Below are positions 56,487 to 64,000 of a stretch of DNA of 64,000 bases, piece after piece. The translations under genes and the position numbers were made by a program. A model generated the notes under the pieces. It had not been told where the DNA came from. It saw only the letters and a program-made list of their open reading frames with translations, and searched no databases. The DNA comes from Armatimonadota bacterium (GTDB taxonomy: Bacteria > Sysuimicrobiota > Sysuimicrobiia > Sysuimicrobiales > Kaftiobacteriaceae). Position 1 is the stretch's first letter; every line of letters begins with the position of its first letter. The DNA lies in the NCBI GenBank assembly GCA_037440005.1, contig JBBIUY010000008.1, positions 23,615 through 87,614 on the forward strand. Direction: 5' to 3'.

Positions 56487-57686
56487 ATGACCGACCTCCT
56501 GTCGGACATCGAACGCCGCCGCGCAAGCCTGGTGGGCCTGCTGGCCGCCTTGGTCCGCGCGCCCAGCGCCAACCCTCCGGGTGACACCCGGAAGGTGGCG
56601 GAGGTGGTGGCCGGCCGGCTGCGGGAGGCCGCGGTGGACTTCCAGGTGCTGGCCGACGAGCCCCGCAAGCCCAACGTCGTGGCCCGGATCGGGGCCGGCC
56701 GGCCGCAGGTGCTGTTCCTCTCCCACATGGACACGGTGCCCCCCGGCGATCTGCGCGCCTGGCGCCACGATCCCTACGGGGCGGAGGTGGTCGGCACCCG
56801 CCTGTACGGCCGCGGCGCCGCCGACGCCAAGGCCAGCGTGGCCGCCATGCTGGGCGCGGTGGAGGTCCTGGCGGCGGCGGTACCCCTGCGGGGCACGCTG
56901 GTGTTCGCGGCGGTCAGCGACGAGGAGGTGGGCGGCGTCAAGGGGACCGAGTTCCTGGTGGACCGGGGCCTGCTGCGTCCCGACCAGGTGGTGGTGGGCG
57001 AGCTCACCGGCAACCGGCTGGCGGTGGCCGAGAAGGGGCTGCTGTGGGTGCGGCTGGTGACCCACGGCCGCGCGGCCCACGCCGGCACCCCCTGGGAGGG
57101 CAGCAACGCCATCAGCCACATGCTGCGGGTCCTGCTGGCCATCGAGGAGCGGGTGGGCGCGCGCCTGCGGGGCCTGTCCCACCCGCTGGTGCCGCCGCCG
57201 TCGCTGAGCATCGGGACCATCCGGGGCGGCGTGGCCACCAACATCGTCCCCGACTGGTGCGAGGCCACCCTGGACCGCCGCACCCTGCCCACCGAGTCGG
57301 TGGCCGCCGCCCTGGCCGAGATCGAGCGGGTGGTGGCCGACCTGCGGGCGGCCGACCCGACCCTGCAGGCCGACGTGGAGGTGCTGCAATCGGGCGCGCC
57401 CATCGAGACCCCCCTGGACAGCCCCCTGGTGCGCGCCGCCCAGGAGGCGGCCCGCCGCCTGCAGCTGCCCGACGCGCCGGTGGGATATCCCCAGGCCAGC
57501 GACGGCCGGTTCTTCGCCGAGCGGGGCATTCCGACCATCCTGTTCGGTCCCGGCGAGCCGGAGATGTCCCACATACCCGACGAGTCCGTGGACCTCAACC
57601 ACATGATCGCCGCCGCCCAGTTCTTCGCGGTGCTGGGCCAGATGCTGCTGGCCCCGCCGGTGCGGGCGGCGGAGGAGGCGAGGTGA
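56487..57686 (+). CDS. M20 metallopeptidase (ArgE/DapE-like)
   Basis: SHMDTV, GRGAADAK, DEEVG, GRAAHAG, HIPDE. Confidence 0.92.
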   Translation: MTDLLSDIERRRASLVGLLAALVRAPSANPPGDTRKVAEVVAGRLREAAVDFQVLADEPRKPNVVARIGAGRPQVLFLSHMDTVPPGDLRAWRHDPYGAEVVGTRLYGRGAADAKASVAAMLGAVEVLAAAVPLRGTLVFAAVSDEEVGGVKGTEFLVDRGLLRPDQVVVGELTGNRLAVAEKGLLWVRLVTHGRAAHAGTPWEGSNAISHMLRVLLAIEERVGARLRGLSHPLVPPPSLSIGTIRGGVATNIVPDWCEATLDRRTLPTESVAAALAEIERVVADLRAADPTLQADVEVLQSGAPIETPLDSPLVRAAQEAARRLQLPDAPVGYPQASDGRFFAERGIPTILFGPGEPEMSHIPDESVDLNHMIAAAQFFAVLGQMLLAPPVRAAEEAR

Positions 57687-57693
57687 GGGGCGG

Positions 57694-58908
57694 ATGGACT
57701 TCACCCTGGCCGACCACCAGCTGGCCGCCCAGCGGCTGGTCCGGGAGTTTGCCCAGACCGAGGTGGCGCCCCGCATCCGGGAGCTGGACCGCGCCCAGCG
57801 GTTCGACCGGGCCGTCCTGGACGCCATGGGCCGGCTGGGCATCCTGGGCCTGTGCGTCCCCGAGCGCTACGGCGGCGCGGGGATGGACTACATCAGCCTG
57901 GGGCTGGCCTGCGAGGAACTGGAGTACGTGGACACCTCCCTGCGGGTCGTCCTCTCCGTCCACCTGGCCCTCAACAGCCTGACCCTCCTGACCTGGGGGA
58001 CCGAGGAGCAGCGCCGCCGCTTCCTGGTGCCCCAGGCCCGCGGGGAGAGGATCGCCGCCTACGGGCTCACCGAGCCGGCCGCCGGCAGCGACGCCGTGGG
58101 CATCCAGGCCACCGCCGTGCGGGACGGCCGCCACTACGTCCTCACCGGGGAGAAGACGTGGATGTCGCTGGCCGACGTGGCCGACCACTTCCTGGTGTTC
58201 GCCTGGACCGACCCCGCCAAGCAGCGGCAGCGGGACCACACGGGGATCTCCGCCTTCCTGGTGACCCGGGAGATGCGCGGGGTGAGCACGTCCACCATCC
58301 ACGGCAAGCTGGGCATCCGCGCCGGCAACACCGGCAGCCTGGTCTTGGACGAGGTGCGGGTCCCCGAGGACCACCGGATCGGGGAGGAGGGCGAGGGGTT
58401 CCGCATCGCCATGTTCGCCCTGGACCAGGGCCGGTACACGGTCGCCGCGGGAGCCACGGGGCTCATCCGCGCCTGCCTGGACGCCAGCGTCCGCTACGCC
58501 CGGGAGCGGCGGGCGTTCGGCCGGCCCATCGGGGAGCACCAGCTGGTCAAGGAGATGATCGCCCGGATGTCCCGGGACTACGAGGTCAGCCGCCTGCTGT
58601 ACCTGCGGGCGGGGTGGATGAAAAACCGGGGCCTGCGCAACACCCGGGAGACGTCCCTGGCCAAGTGGTACGCCACCGTGGCCAGCGAGCGGGCGGCCAG
58701 CGACGCGGTGGAGATCCACGGCGCCTACGGCTACTCGGACGAGTACCCGGTGGAGCGGTTCTACCGCAACGCCAAGGGCGCCGTCATCTACGAGGGGACC
58801 CGGGAGATCCACACGCTGCTGCAGGCCGACTACGCCCTGGGCTACCGCGAGGACCGGCCGCTGCGGGTGTCGCTGCCCCCGTGGCCCTTCGAGGGGCGAG
58901 ACGCCTGA
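57694..58908 (+). CDS. Acyl-CoA dehydrogenase
   Basis: LTEPAAGSD, GKLG.RA, R.AFGRPI, IHGAYGY, IYEGTREI. Confidence 0.95.
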   Translation: MDFTLADHQLAAQRLVREFAQTEVAPRIRELDRAQRFDRAVLDAMGRLGILGLCVPERYGGAGMDYISLGLACEELEYVDTSLRVVLSVHLALNSLTLLTWGTEEQRRRFLVPQARGERIAAYGLTEPAAGSDAVGIQATAVRDGRHYVLTGEKTWMSLADVADHFLVFAWTDPAKQRQRDHTGISAFLVTREMRGVSTSTIHGKLGIRAGNTGSLVLDEVRVPEDHRIGEEGEGFRIAMFALDQGRYTVAAGATGLIRACLDASVRYARERRAFGRPIGEHQLVKEMIARMSRDYEVSRLLYLRAGWMKNRGLRNTRETSLAKWYATVASERAASDAVEIHGAYGYSDEYPVERFYRNAKGAVIYEGTREIHTLLQADYALGYREDRPLRVSLPPWPFEGRDA

Positions 58909-58940
58909 CCCCCGGGCGGGGGACACCTCGGGGGAGGGTG

Positions 58941-60014
58941 ATGACCGCGCCGTTTGAGTGCGAGGTGCGCTTTGCCATCGACGACGTCGCCGCCTTCCGC
59001 CGCCGGGTGGCGTCCCTGGGCGGCCGGGCGGTCCGGGAGTACGCCTTCACCGACCACTACTACCGCCTGCCGGCGGTCGCCGACCCCGCCGCCCGGTCCC
59101 TGCGGGTGCGGGAGCACCACGCGCCCCCCCAACCCGCGGAGCTGCTGCTGGCGTGGGTGGACCTGCACACCCACGGCGAGGTGACGTTCAAGCGCTCGCG
59201 CTTTCCCGAGGGCAAGGTGTGCCTGCACCGCGGCGGCGCCGCCGCCTGCCACGCCGTGGCCGCCGCCCTGGGCGCCGTGCCGTGGGTCGTGGTGCGCAAG
59301 ACCGCCGGCACCCTGTACGAGATTCCCGGTGCCGGGGGCCTGGCGGTGGAGCAGGTGGACGGCCTGGGGTGGATGGGGGAGGTGGAGGCGGCCGGCGCCG
59401 ACCCCGCGGAGGCCGCCGCGGCCATCCGGCGGCGCCTGGACCTGCTGGGCGTGCCCCCGCACGCGGCGCGGCCGCAGCCCCTGGCCGCGCTGGCCGCGGC
59501 CGGCGGGCGGATCCGCGCCGTGTACTTCTCGGGGGCCATCCGGGGGGGGCGGCAGATGCAGCCCACCTACGCCGCCCTGGTGGAGTTCCTGCAGCGGGCC
59601 GGCTGCCAGGTCCTGACCGCCCACGTGGCGGCCCCGGACGTCCTGGAACGCGAGCAGGCCGCCGGCGGCAGCCCCGAGGACATCTTCCGGCGGGACATGC
59701 ACTGGCTGGCCGCCTGCGACCTGGTGGTGGCCGAGGTGTCCGTGCCGTCCCTGGGCGTGGGCGTGGAGATCGCCACCGCCCAGCACCTGGGCAAGCCTGT
59801 GCTCTGCCTGTGCCGCCAGGACGTCTCCCTGTCGGCCATGGTGGCCGGCAACCCGTACCTGCGCCTGGTCCGTTACCGCGACACCGAGGAGGCCGTGCGG
59901 GCGCTGGAGCGCGAGCTGCAGGAGCTGGACAGGCAGCGGGCACCGACGCGACCACCCGGAAGCGCGGATCCGGCCGGGGGGCGCCTGTCCGGATCCCAGA
60001 CGTCGGATCCCTGA
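58941..60014 (+). CDS. Fusion of CYTH-like domain and DNPH1/Rcl-like nucleotide N-glycosidase domain
   Basis: N-terminal FECEVRF...TDHYY...LRVR...EVE; C-terminal VYFSGAIRGGR, RDMHWL..CDLVVAEVSVPSLGVGVE, SAMVAG; SD GGGGAGG. Confidence 0.8.
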   Translation: MTAPFECEVRFAIDDVAAFRRRVASLGGRAVREYAFTDHYYRLPAVADPAARSLRVREHHAPPQPAELLLAWVDLHTHGEVTFKRSRFPEGKVCLHRGGAAACHAVAAALGAVPWVVVRKTAGTLYEIPGAGGLAVEQVDGLGWMGEVEAAGADPAEAAAAIRRRLDLLGVPPHAARPQPLAALAAAGGRIRAVYFSGAIRGGRQMQPTYAALVEFLQRAGCQVLTAHVAAPDVLEREQAAGGSPEDIFRRDMHWLAACDLVVAEVSVPSLGVGVEIATAQHLGKPVLCLCRQDVSLSAMVAGNPYLRLVRYRDTEEAVRALERELQELDRQRAPTRPPGSADPAGGRLSGSQTSDP

Positions 60015-60036
60015 TCCCGTCGGTGAGCGGTCGACC

Positions 60037-61746
60037 ATGCTGCCCTGGGAGCGATTGCGGGACAAGATCCTGACCCTGGAGGGCAAGCCCCTCCAGGCCG
60101 CCCGCGTCCTGGACGGCGCGTACCGGTTCGAGCGGTTCGTCCTCTTCCTGGACCACGTGGCCGCCGAGCCGCCCGGCGCGCCGTCGGCCATGCGGGTGCG
60201 GGTGGACATGGCCGAGGCGCGCTTTCCGCCCGGCCTGTGGGCCACCCGGCCCGGCCGGATGGCGCTGGAGGACTTCCTCGCCCGCCGCTGGCTGGACGCC
60301 GCCCGCAAGGTGGCCCGCGCCCGGGGGGTCCGCCCGGCCTTTGGGATCAGCACGGGCGAGCAGGAGATCCTGGAGCGCACCGCCTGCCGGCTGGCCGAGG
60401 ACTTCGTGGAGGTGCGGGGCACGGTGGTCCTGCCGGTCGAGGGCCGGCGGTTGAGCGCCAAGGCCCTGCAGGCGCTGTTTCTGGACGACCTCCCGCAGAT
60501 CGTGGAGGCCGCGGCGCTGTACGCCGGCCTCAACCCGTCGGCGGTGCAGCGGCACTGCGAGGCCGCCGAGGACTACGAGGCCATGCGGGCCGAACTGTCC
60601 GTGCACGGCCTGGTGGCCTTCCTGGCCGACGGCGCGGTCCTGCCCCGGGAGCCGGGCACCGACCGTCCCCTACTGTCGCGGCTGGTCCCCCTGGAATCCC
60701 CCCGGGAGCTCCGGGTGACCCTCACCCCTCCCCACCGCGGACCCGTGACGGGTCTGGGCATCCCGAAGGGGGTCACCGTGATCCTGGGACACCCGCTGTC
60801 CGGACGCTCCACCCTCCTGCGGGCGGTGGCGGCGGCGGTGTACCCCCACCTGCCGGGGGACGGCCGCGAGTACTGCGTCACCGTCCCCGACGCGGTCCTG
60901 GTGCGCGCGGAGCCCGGCCGGCGGGTGGAAGGGGTGGACGTCTCGCCCCTGATCGAGAAGCTGCCCGGCGGCGAGGATCCCCGGCGGCTGCGGGAGGAGT
61001 CGGCGTCGGACCTCACGGCGATGGCCGCGTCGGTGCTGGAGGCCCTGGAGGTGGGGTGCTCGCTGCTGCTGGTGGACGAGGACAGCGCGGCGGCGGCCCT
61101 GATGGGACGGGACACCCTGTGGACGCAGATCGCGCCCGACGCCGCCCGCCAGGTGGCGTCCCTGGCCGAGGTGCTGCGGCCGCTGTACGAGGAGCACGGC
61201 GTGTCGTCGGTGATCGTCACCAGCCGAGGCTCCGAGTACGTTCCCGTGGCCGACACGGTCATCGCCCTGGACGGCTTCCGGCCCCGGGTGGTGACCACGC
61301 AGGCGAAGCAGGTCGCATCGTCCCGCCCGCCCCAGGCTCCGCGGACCCGCTTCGGAGGCGTGCGCCACCGGGTCCCCCTCCCGGAAAGCCTGGCCCCCCT
61401 GCGCGGACGCCGGCTGCGCGCCGAGCCGGCCGCCGACGGCCCCCGCTCCCACCGGCGGGCGGTCCCCCTGGGCCGCGAGACCGTGGACCTGTCGGCCGTC
61501 GAGCAGCTGGTGGATCCCGCCCAGGCGCGAGCCATCGCGGCCGCGCTGGTCTTCGCCGCCGACCGGGGACTGGCCGACGGCGCGCGGACCGTCCGCGAGA
61601 TCGTCGGGCTGATCGAGATGGAGATCACCCGGGCCGGGCTGGACGTCCTGGTCCCCGACGGCCCCGCCGGCGACCTGGCCCTCCCCCGCCGCCACGAACT
61701 GGCCGCCGCCCTCAACCGCCTGCGCACCCTGCGGGTGAAGACCTGA
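60037..61746 (+). CDS. ABC-class ATPase domain protein (COG3044-like) with degenerate Walker A
   Basis: FLADGAVLPR, GIPKGVTVILG..GRSTLL, GDGRE, LLVDED, ELAAALNRLR. Confidence 0.8.
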   Translation: MLPWERLRDKILTLEGKPLQAARVLDGAYRFERFVLFLDHVAAEPPGAPSAMRVRVDMAEARFPPGLWATRPGRMALEDFLARRWLDAARKVARARGVRPAFGISTGEQEILERTACRLAEDFVEVRGTVVLPVEGRRLSAKALQALFLDDLPQIVEAAALYAGLNPSAVQRHCEAAEDYEAMRAELSVHGLVAFLADGAVLPREPGTDRPLLSRLVPLESPRELRVTLTPPHRGPVTGLGIPKGVTVILGHPLSGRSTLLRAVAAAVYPHLPGDGREYCVTVPDAVLVRAEPGRRVEGVDVSPLIEKLPGGEDPRRLREESASDLTAMAASVLEALEVGCSLLLVDEDSAAAALMGRDTLWTQIAPDAARQVASLAEVLRPLYEEHGVSSVIVTSRGSEYVPVADTVIALDGFRPRVVTTQAKQVASSRPPQAPRTRFGGVRHRVPLPESLAPLRGRRLRAEPAADGPRSHRRAVPLGRETVDLSAVEQLVDPAQARAIAAALVFAADRGLADGARTVREIVGLIEMEITRAGLDVLVPDGPAGDLALPRRHELAAALNRLRTLRVKT

Positions 61747-61774
61747 CGGGAACGCGCAAACAGTCTTGCCGGTC

Positions 61775-62141
61775 TACCCGGTCATCGGGTCGTCGGGTCT
61801 CCACCGAACGGGAACTCGGGAACGCGGGATCGCGGGAACGCGGGAGCCCGGGACCACGCCACCGCCCGACCGCGCGACCGCCCGCCCCGGGAAGTTACCT
61901 TCAACCTTCAACCTCCAACCTCCAACCTTCAACGCCGTTAGAGGGGGGAGAGGGCCAGGGTGAGGGGGATCCAACCTTCAACCTCAACAGTCTCCCCAGT
62001 CCACCCGGTCGTCGGGGCGTCGGATCTCCCTACCGTGGAAACGTGGAAACGCGGAAGCGCGACACCCCCGTAAACGTCCCCTCTCCCCCGGCAGGGGGAG
62101 AGGGCCAGGGTGAGGGGGATCCAACCTCCAACCTTCAACGC
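61775..62141. repeat. Mosaic of octamer/heptamer microrepeats and REP-like palindromes
   Basis: (GGGAACGC)n, (ACCGCCCG)n, (ACCT[TC]CA)n and CCCTCTCCCCC-GGCA-GGGGGAGAGGG...GGGTGAGGGG. Confidence 0.85.
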
Positions 62142-62195
62142 GGTTAGGGGGGCACAGGAGGGAATCCCCCGCCCGCCGCGAATAACATGCGCAAT

Positions 62196-62490
62196 CCGAT
62201 GACCGGGGCGAGTAGGCGCCGTTCCCGCCCCCAGCGAGCCGCGGGGCGATGGGACCGCGGCGGCGGCATGGCGCTGAATGGGCCCGGGAGGGCGGCCCGA
62301 GGGGATCGGGGCTCTCCGGCGGTCGGCACCGTCCGGTGGCCCGCTACCCGGTAGGCGTCGCCGGCTTCCCGCCGTAACCGGGACACGAGCGCCGCGCGCA
62401 GGTCGGCCGCAGGCCGGCAGCGCGCGGAACTGGGGTGGCACCACGGAGCGAGCCCTTCGTCCCCGCGACGAAGGGCTCGCTGATTCTTTG
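62196..62490 (+). ncRNA. T-box riboswitch (Trp)
   Basis: CCGATGA start, AGTA, full Stem I, specifier GAA-TGG (62279-62281), T-box GGGTGGCACCACGG, terminator GCGAGCCCTTCGT/ACGAAGGGCTCGC-TGATTCTTT. Confidence 0.92.
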
Positions 62491-62503
62491 AGGAGGTTCG
62501 CCC

Positions 62504-63862
62504 ATGGAGAGCGTCAAGTACCTGCTGGACGAGAGTCAGATCCCCCGGGCCTGGTACAACATCCTGGCCGACCTGCCGGTGCCGCTTCCGCCGGTCATCC
62601 ACCCCGGGACCAAGCGTCCCATCGGCCCCGACGACCTGGCCCCGCTGTTTCCCATGGACCTGATCGCCCAGGAGGTGAGCACCGAGCGGGAGATCCCCAT
62701 CCCCGAGCCGGTGCGGGACGTCTACCGCCTGTGGCGGCCCACGCCGCTATACCGCGCCCGGCGGCTGGAACGGGCCCTGGATACCCCCGCCCGGATCTAC
62801 TACAAGTACGAGGGGACCAGCCCCGCCGGCAGTCACAAGCCCAACACCGCGGTGGCCCAGGCCTTTTACAACAAGCAGGCCGGCGTGCGCCGGCTCACCA
62901 CCGAGACCGGCGCCGGCCAGTGGGGGAGCGCCCTGGCCCTGGCCTGCCGCCTGTTCGGCCTGGAGTGCACCGTGTACATGGTGCGGGTCAGCTACGAGCA
63001 GAAGCCCTACCGCAAGGTGATGATGCAGACCTGGGGCGCGGAGGTCATCCCCAGCCCCAGCCCCCGCACCCGGGCGGGGCGGACGATCCTGGAGCAGGAC
63101 CCCAGTTCACCCGGCAGCCTGGGCATCGCCATCAGCGAGGCGGTGGAGGACGCCGCCACCCACGACGACACCAAGTACTCCCTGGGCAGCGTGCTCAACC
63201 ACGTGCTCATGCACCAGACGGTCATCGGTCTGGAGGCCCGCCGTCAGATGGAGATGGCCGGCGACTACCCCGACGTGGTCATCGGGTGCATCGGCGGCGG
63301 CAGCAACATGGCGGGGCTGACGTTTCCGTTCCTGGCCGACAGGTTCAAGGGGAAGGCGGTGCGGGTGGTGGCCGTGGAGCCGGAGGCGTGCCCGTCCCTG
63401 ACCCGGGGGCAGTACCTGTACGACTTCGGGGACACCGCCGCCACCACGCCGCTGCTGAAGATGTACACCCTGGGCCACACCTTCGTGCCCCCGGCCATCC
63501 ACGCCGGCGGGCTCCGCTACCACGGGGACGCGCCCCTGGTGTGCCTGCTGTACCACCACGGCTACATCGAGGCCGTGGCCTACCCCCAGCGGGCGGTGTT
63601 CGAGGCGGCGGTGCAGTTCGCCCGGGCCGAGGGGATCATTCCGGCGCCCGAGTCGGCCCACGCGGTGCGCAAGGCCATCGACGAGGCCCTCCAGGCCAAG
63701 CAGGAGGGGCGGGCGCGGGTCATCCTGTTCAACCTCAGCGGCCACGGCCACTTCGACCTGAAGGCCTACGAGGACTTCCTGGCCGGGCGGCTGGAGGACT
63801 ACGCCTACCCCCAGCAGCAGGTGGAAGCGGCGCTGCGGGAGCTCGCGGCGATTCAGCCCTGA
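62504..63862 (+). CDS. trpB2: Tryptophan synthase beta chain type 2 (stand-alone)
   Basis: [45 protein letters not shown]. Confidence 0.95.
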   Translation: MESVKYLLDESQIPRAWYNILADLPVPLPPVIHPGTKRPIGPDDLAPLFPMDLIAQEVSTEREIPIPEPVRDVYRLWRPTPLYRARRLERALDTPARIYYKYEGTSPAGSHKPNTAVAQAFYNKQAGVRRLTTETGAGQWGSALALACRLFGLECTVYMVRVSYEQKPYRKVMMQTWGAEVIPSPSPRTRAGRTILEQDPSSPGSLGIAISEAVEDAATHDDTKYSLGSVLNHVLMHQTVIGLEARRQMEMAGDYPDVVIGCIGGGSNMAGLTFPFLADRFKGKAVRVVAVEPEACPSLTRGQYLYDFGDTAATTPLLKMYTLGHTFVPPAIHAGGLRYHGDAPLVCLLYHHGYIEAVAYPQRAVFEAAVQFARAEGIIPAPESAHAVRKAIDEALQAKQEGRARVILFNLSGHGHFDLKAYEDFLAGRLEDYAYPQQQVEAALRELAAIQP

Positions 63863-63863
63863 G

Positions 63864-63987
63864 GACGCGGAAGCGCGAAATCGCGGAAACGCGGAAGCGC
63901 GATACCCCATAAACGTCCCCTCTCCCCCGACAGGGGGAGAGGGTCAGGGTGAGGGGGGTCCAACCTCCAACCTTCAACCTTCAACGC
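63864..63987. repeat. Direct-repeat copy of the 62045-62141 composite REP-like element
   Basis: GGAAACGCGGAAGCGCGA...TAAACGTCCCCTCTCCCCC..CAGGGGGAGAGGG.CAGGGTGAGGGGG.TCCAACCTCCAACCTTCAAC. Confidence 0.9.
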
Positions 63988-64000
63988 AGCCCAAGGCGGA

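Overview
A very GC-rich, gene-dense bacterial chromosomal segment. SLH proteins, T-box riboswitches, YtxH and SigH-like promoters suggest a Terrabacteria lineage such as Armatimonadota/CSP1-3; this is inference. No CRISPR array, rRNA, transposase or integrase is evident. Core content: tRNA-Asp and tRNA-Phe, proC, thyX, iscS, a complete nuoA-N complex I operon with fused nuoE-nuoF followed by fixCX, lgt, tandem Fpg/Nei glycosylases, two SF2 RNA helicases, an arsR-arsN2-arsM arsenic operon and a stand-alone trpB2. Three cis-regulatory RNAs were read directly from the sequence: a fluoride riboswitch, a Trp T-box, and a Pro T-box with an apparently ultra-short Stem I. Best candidates for undescribed biology: (1) a fluoride-riboswitch-controlled operon of two paralogous RHH/coiled-coil proteins, a Cys/His-rich DUF6062-like protein and an MFS transporter, with no Fluc or CLC-F; (2) an HTH-LAGLIDADG protein lacking both catalytic acids, next to an RRM protein and a DEAD-box helicase; (3) a CYTH-DNPH1/Rcl fusion; (4) a stand-alone structured transcript encoding MAKKKAKKKK; (5) a HEAT-repeat/HD-GYP pair sharing an unnamed N-terminal domain; (6) composite 7-/8-mer microrepeat elements bracketing gene blocks. 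All family calls come from motif recognition by eye; no database searches were run.
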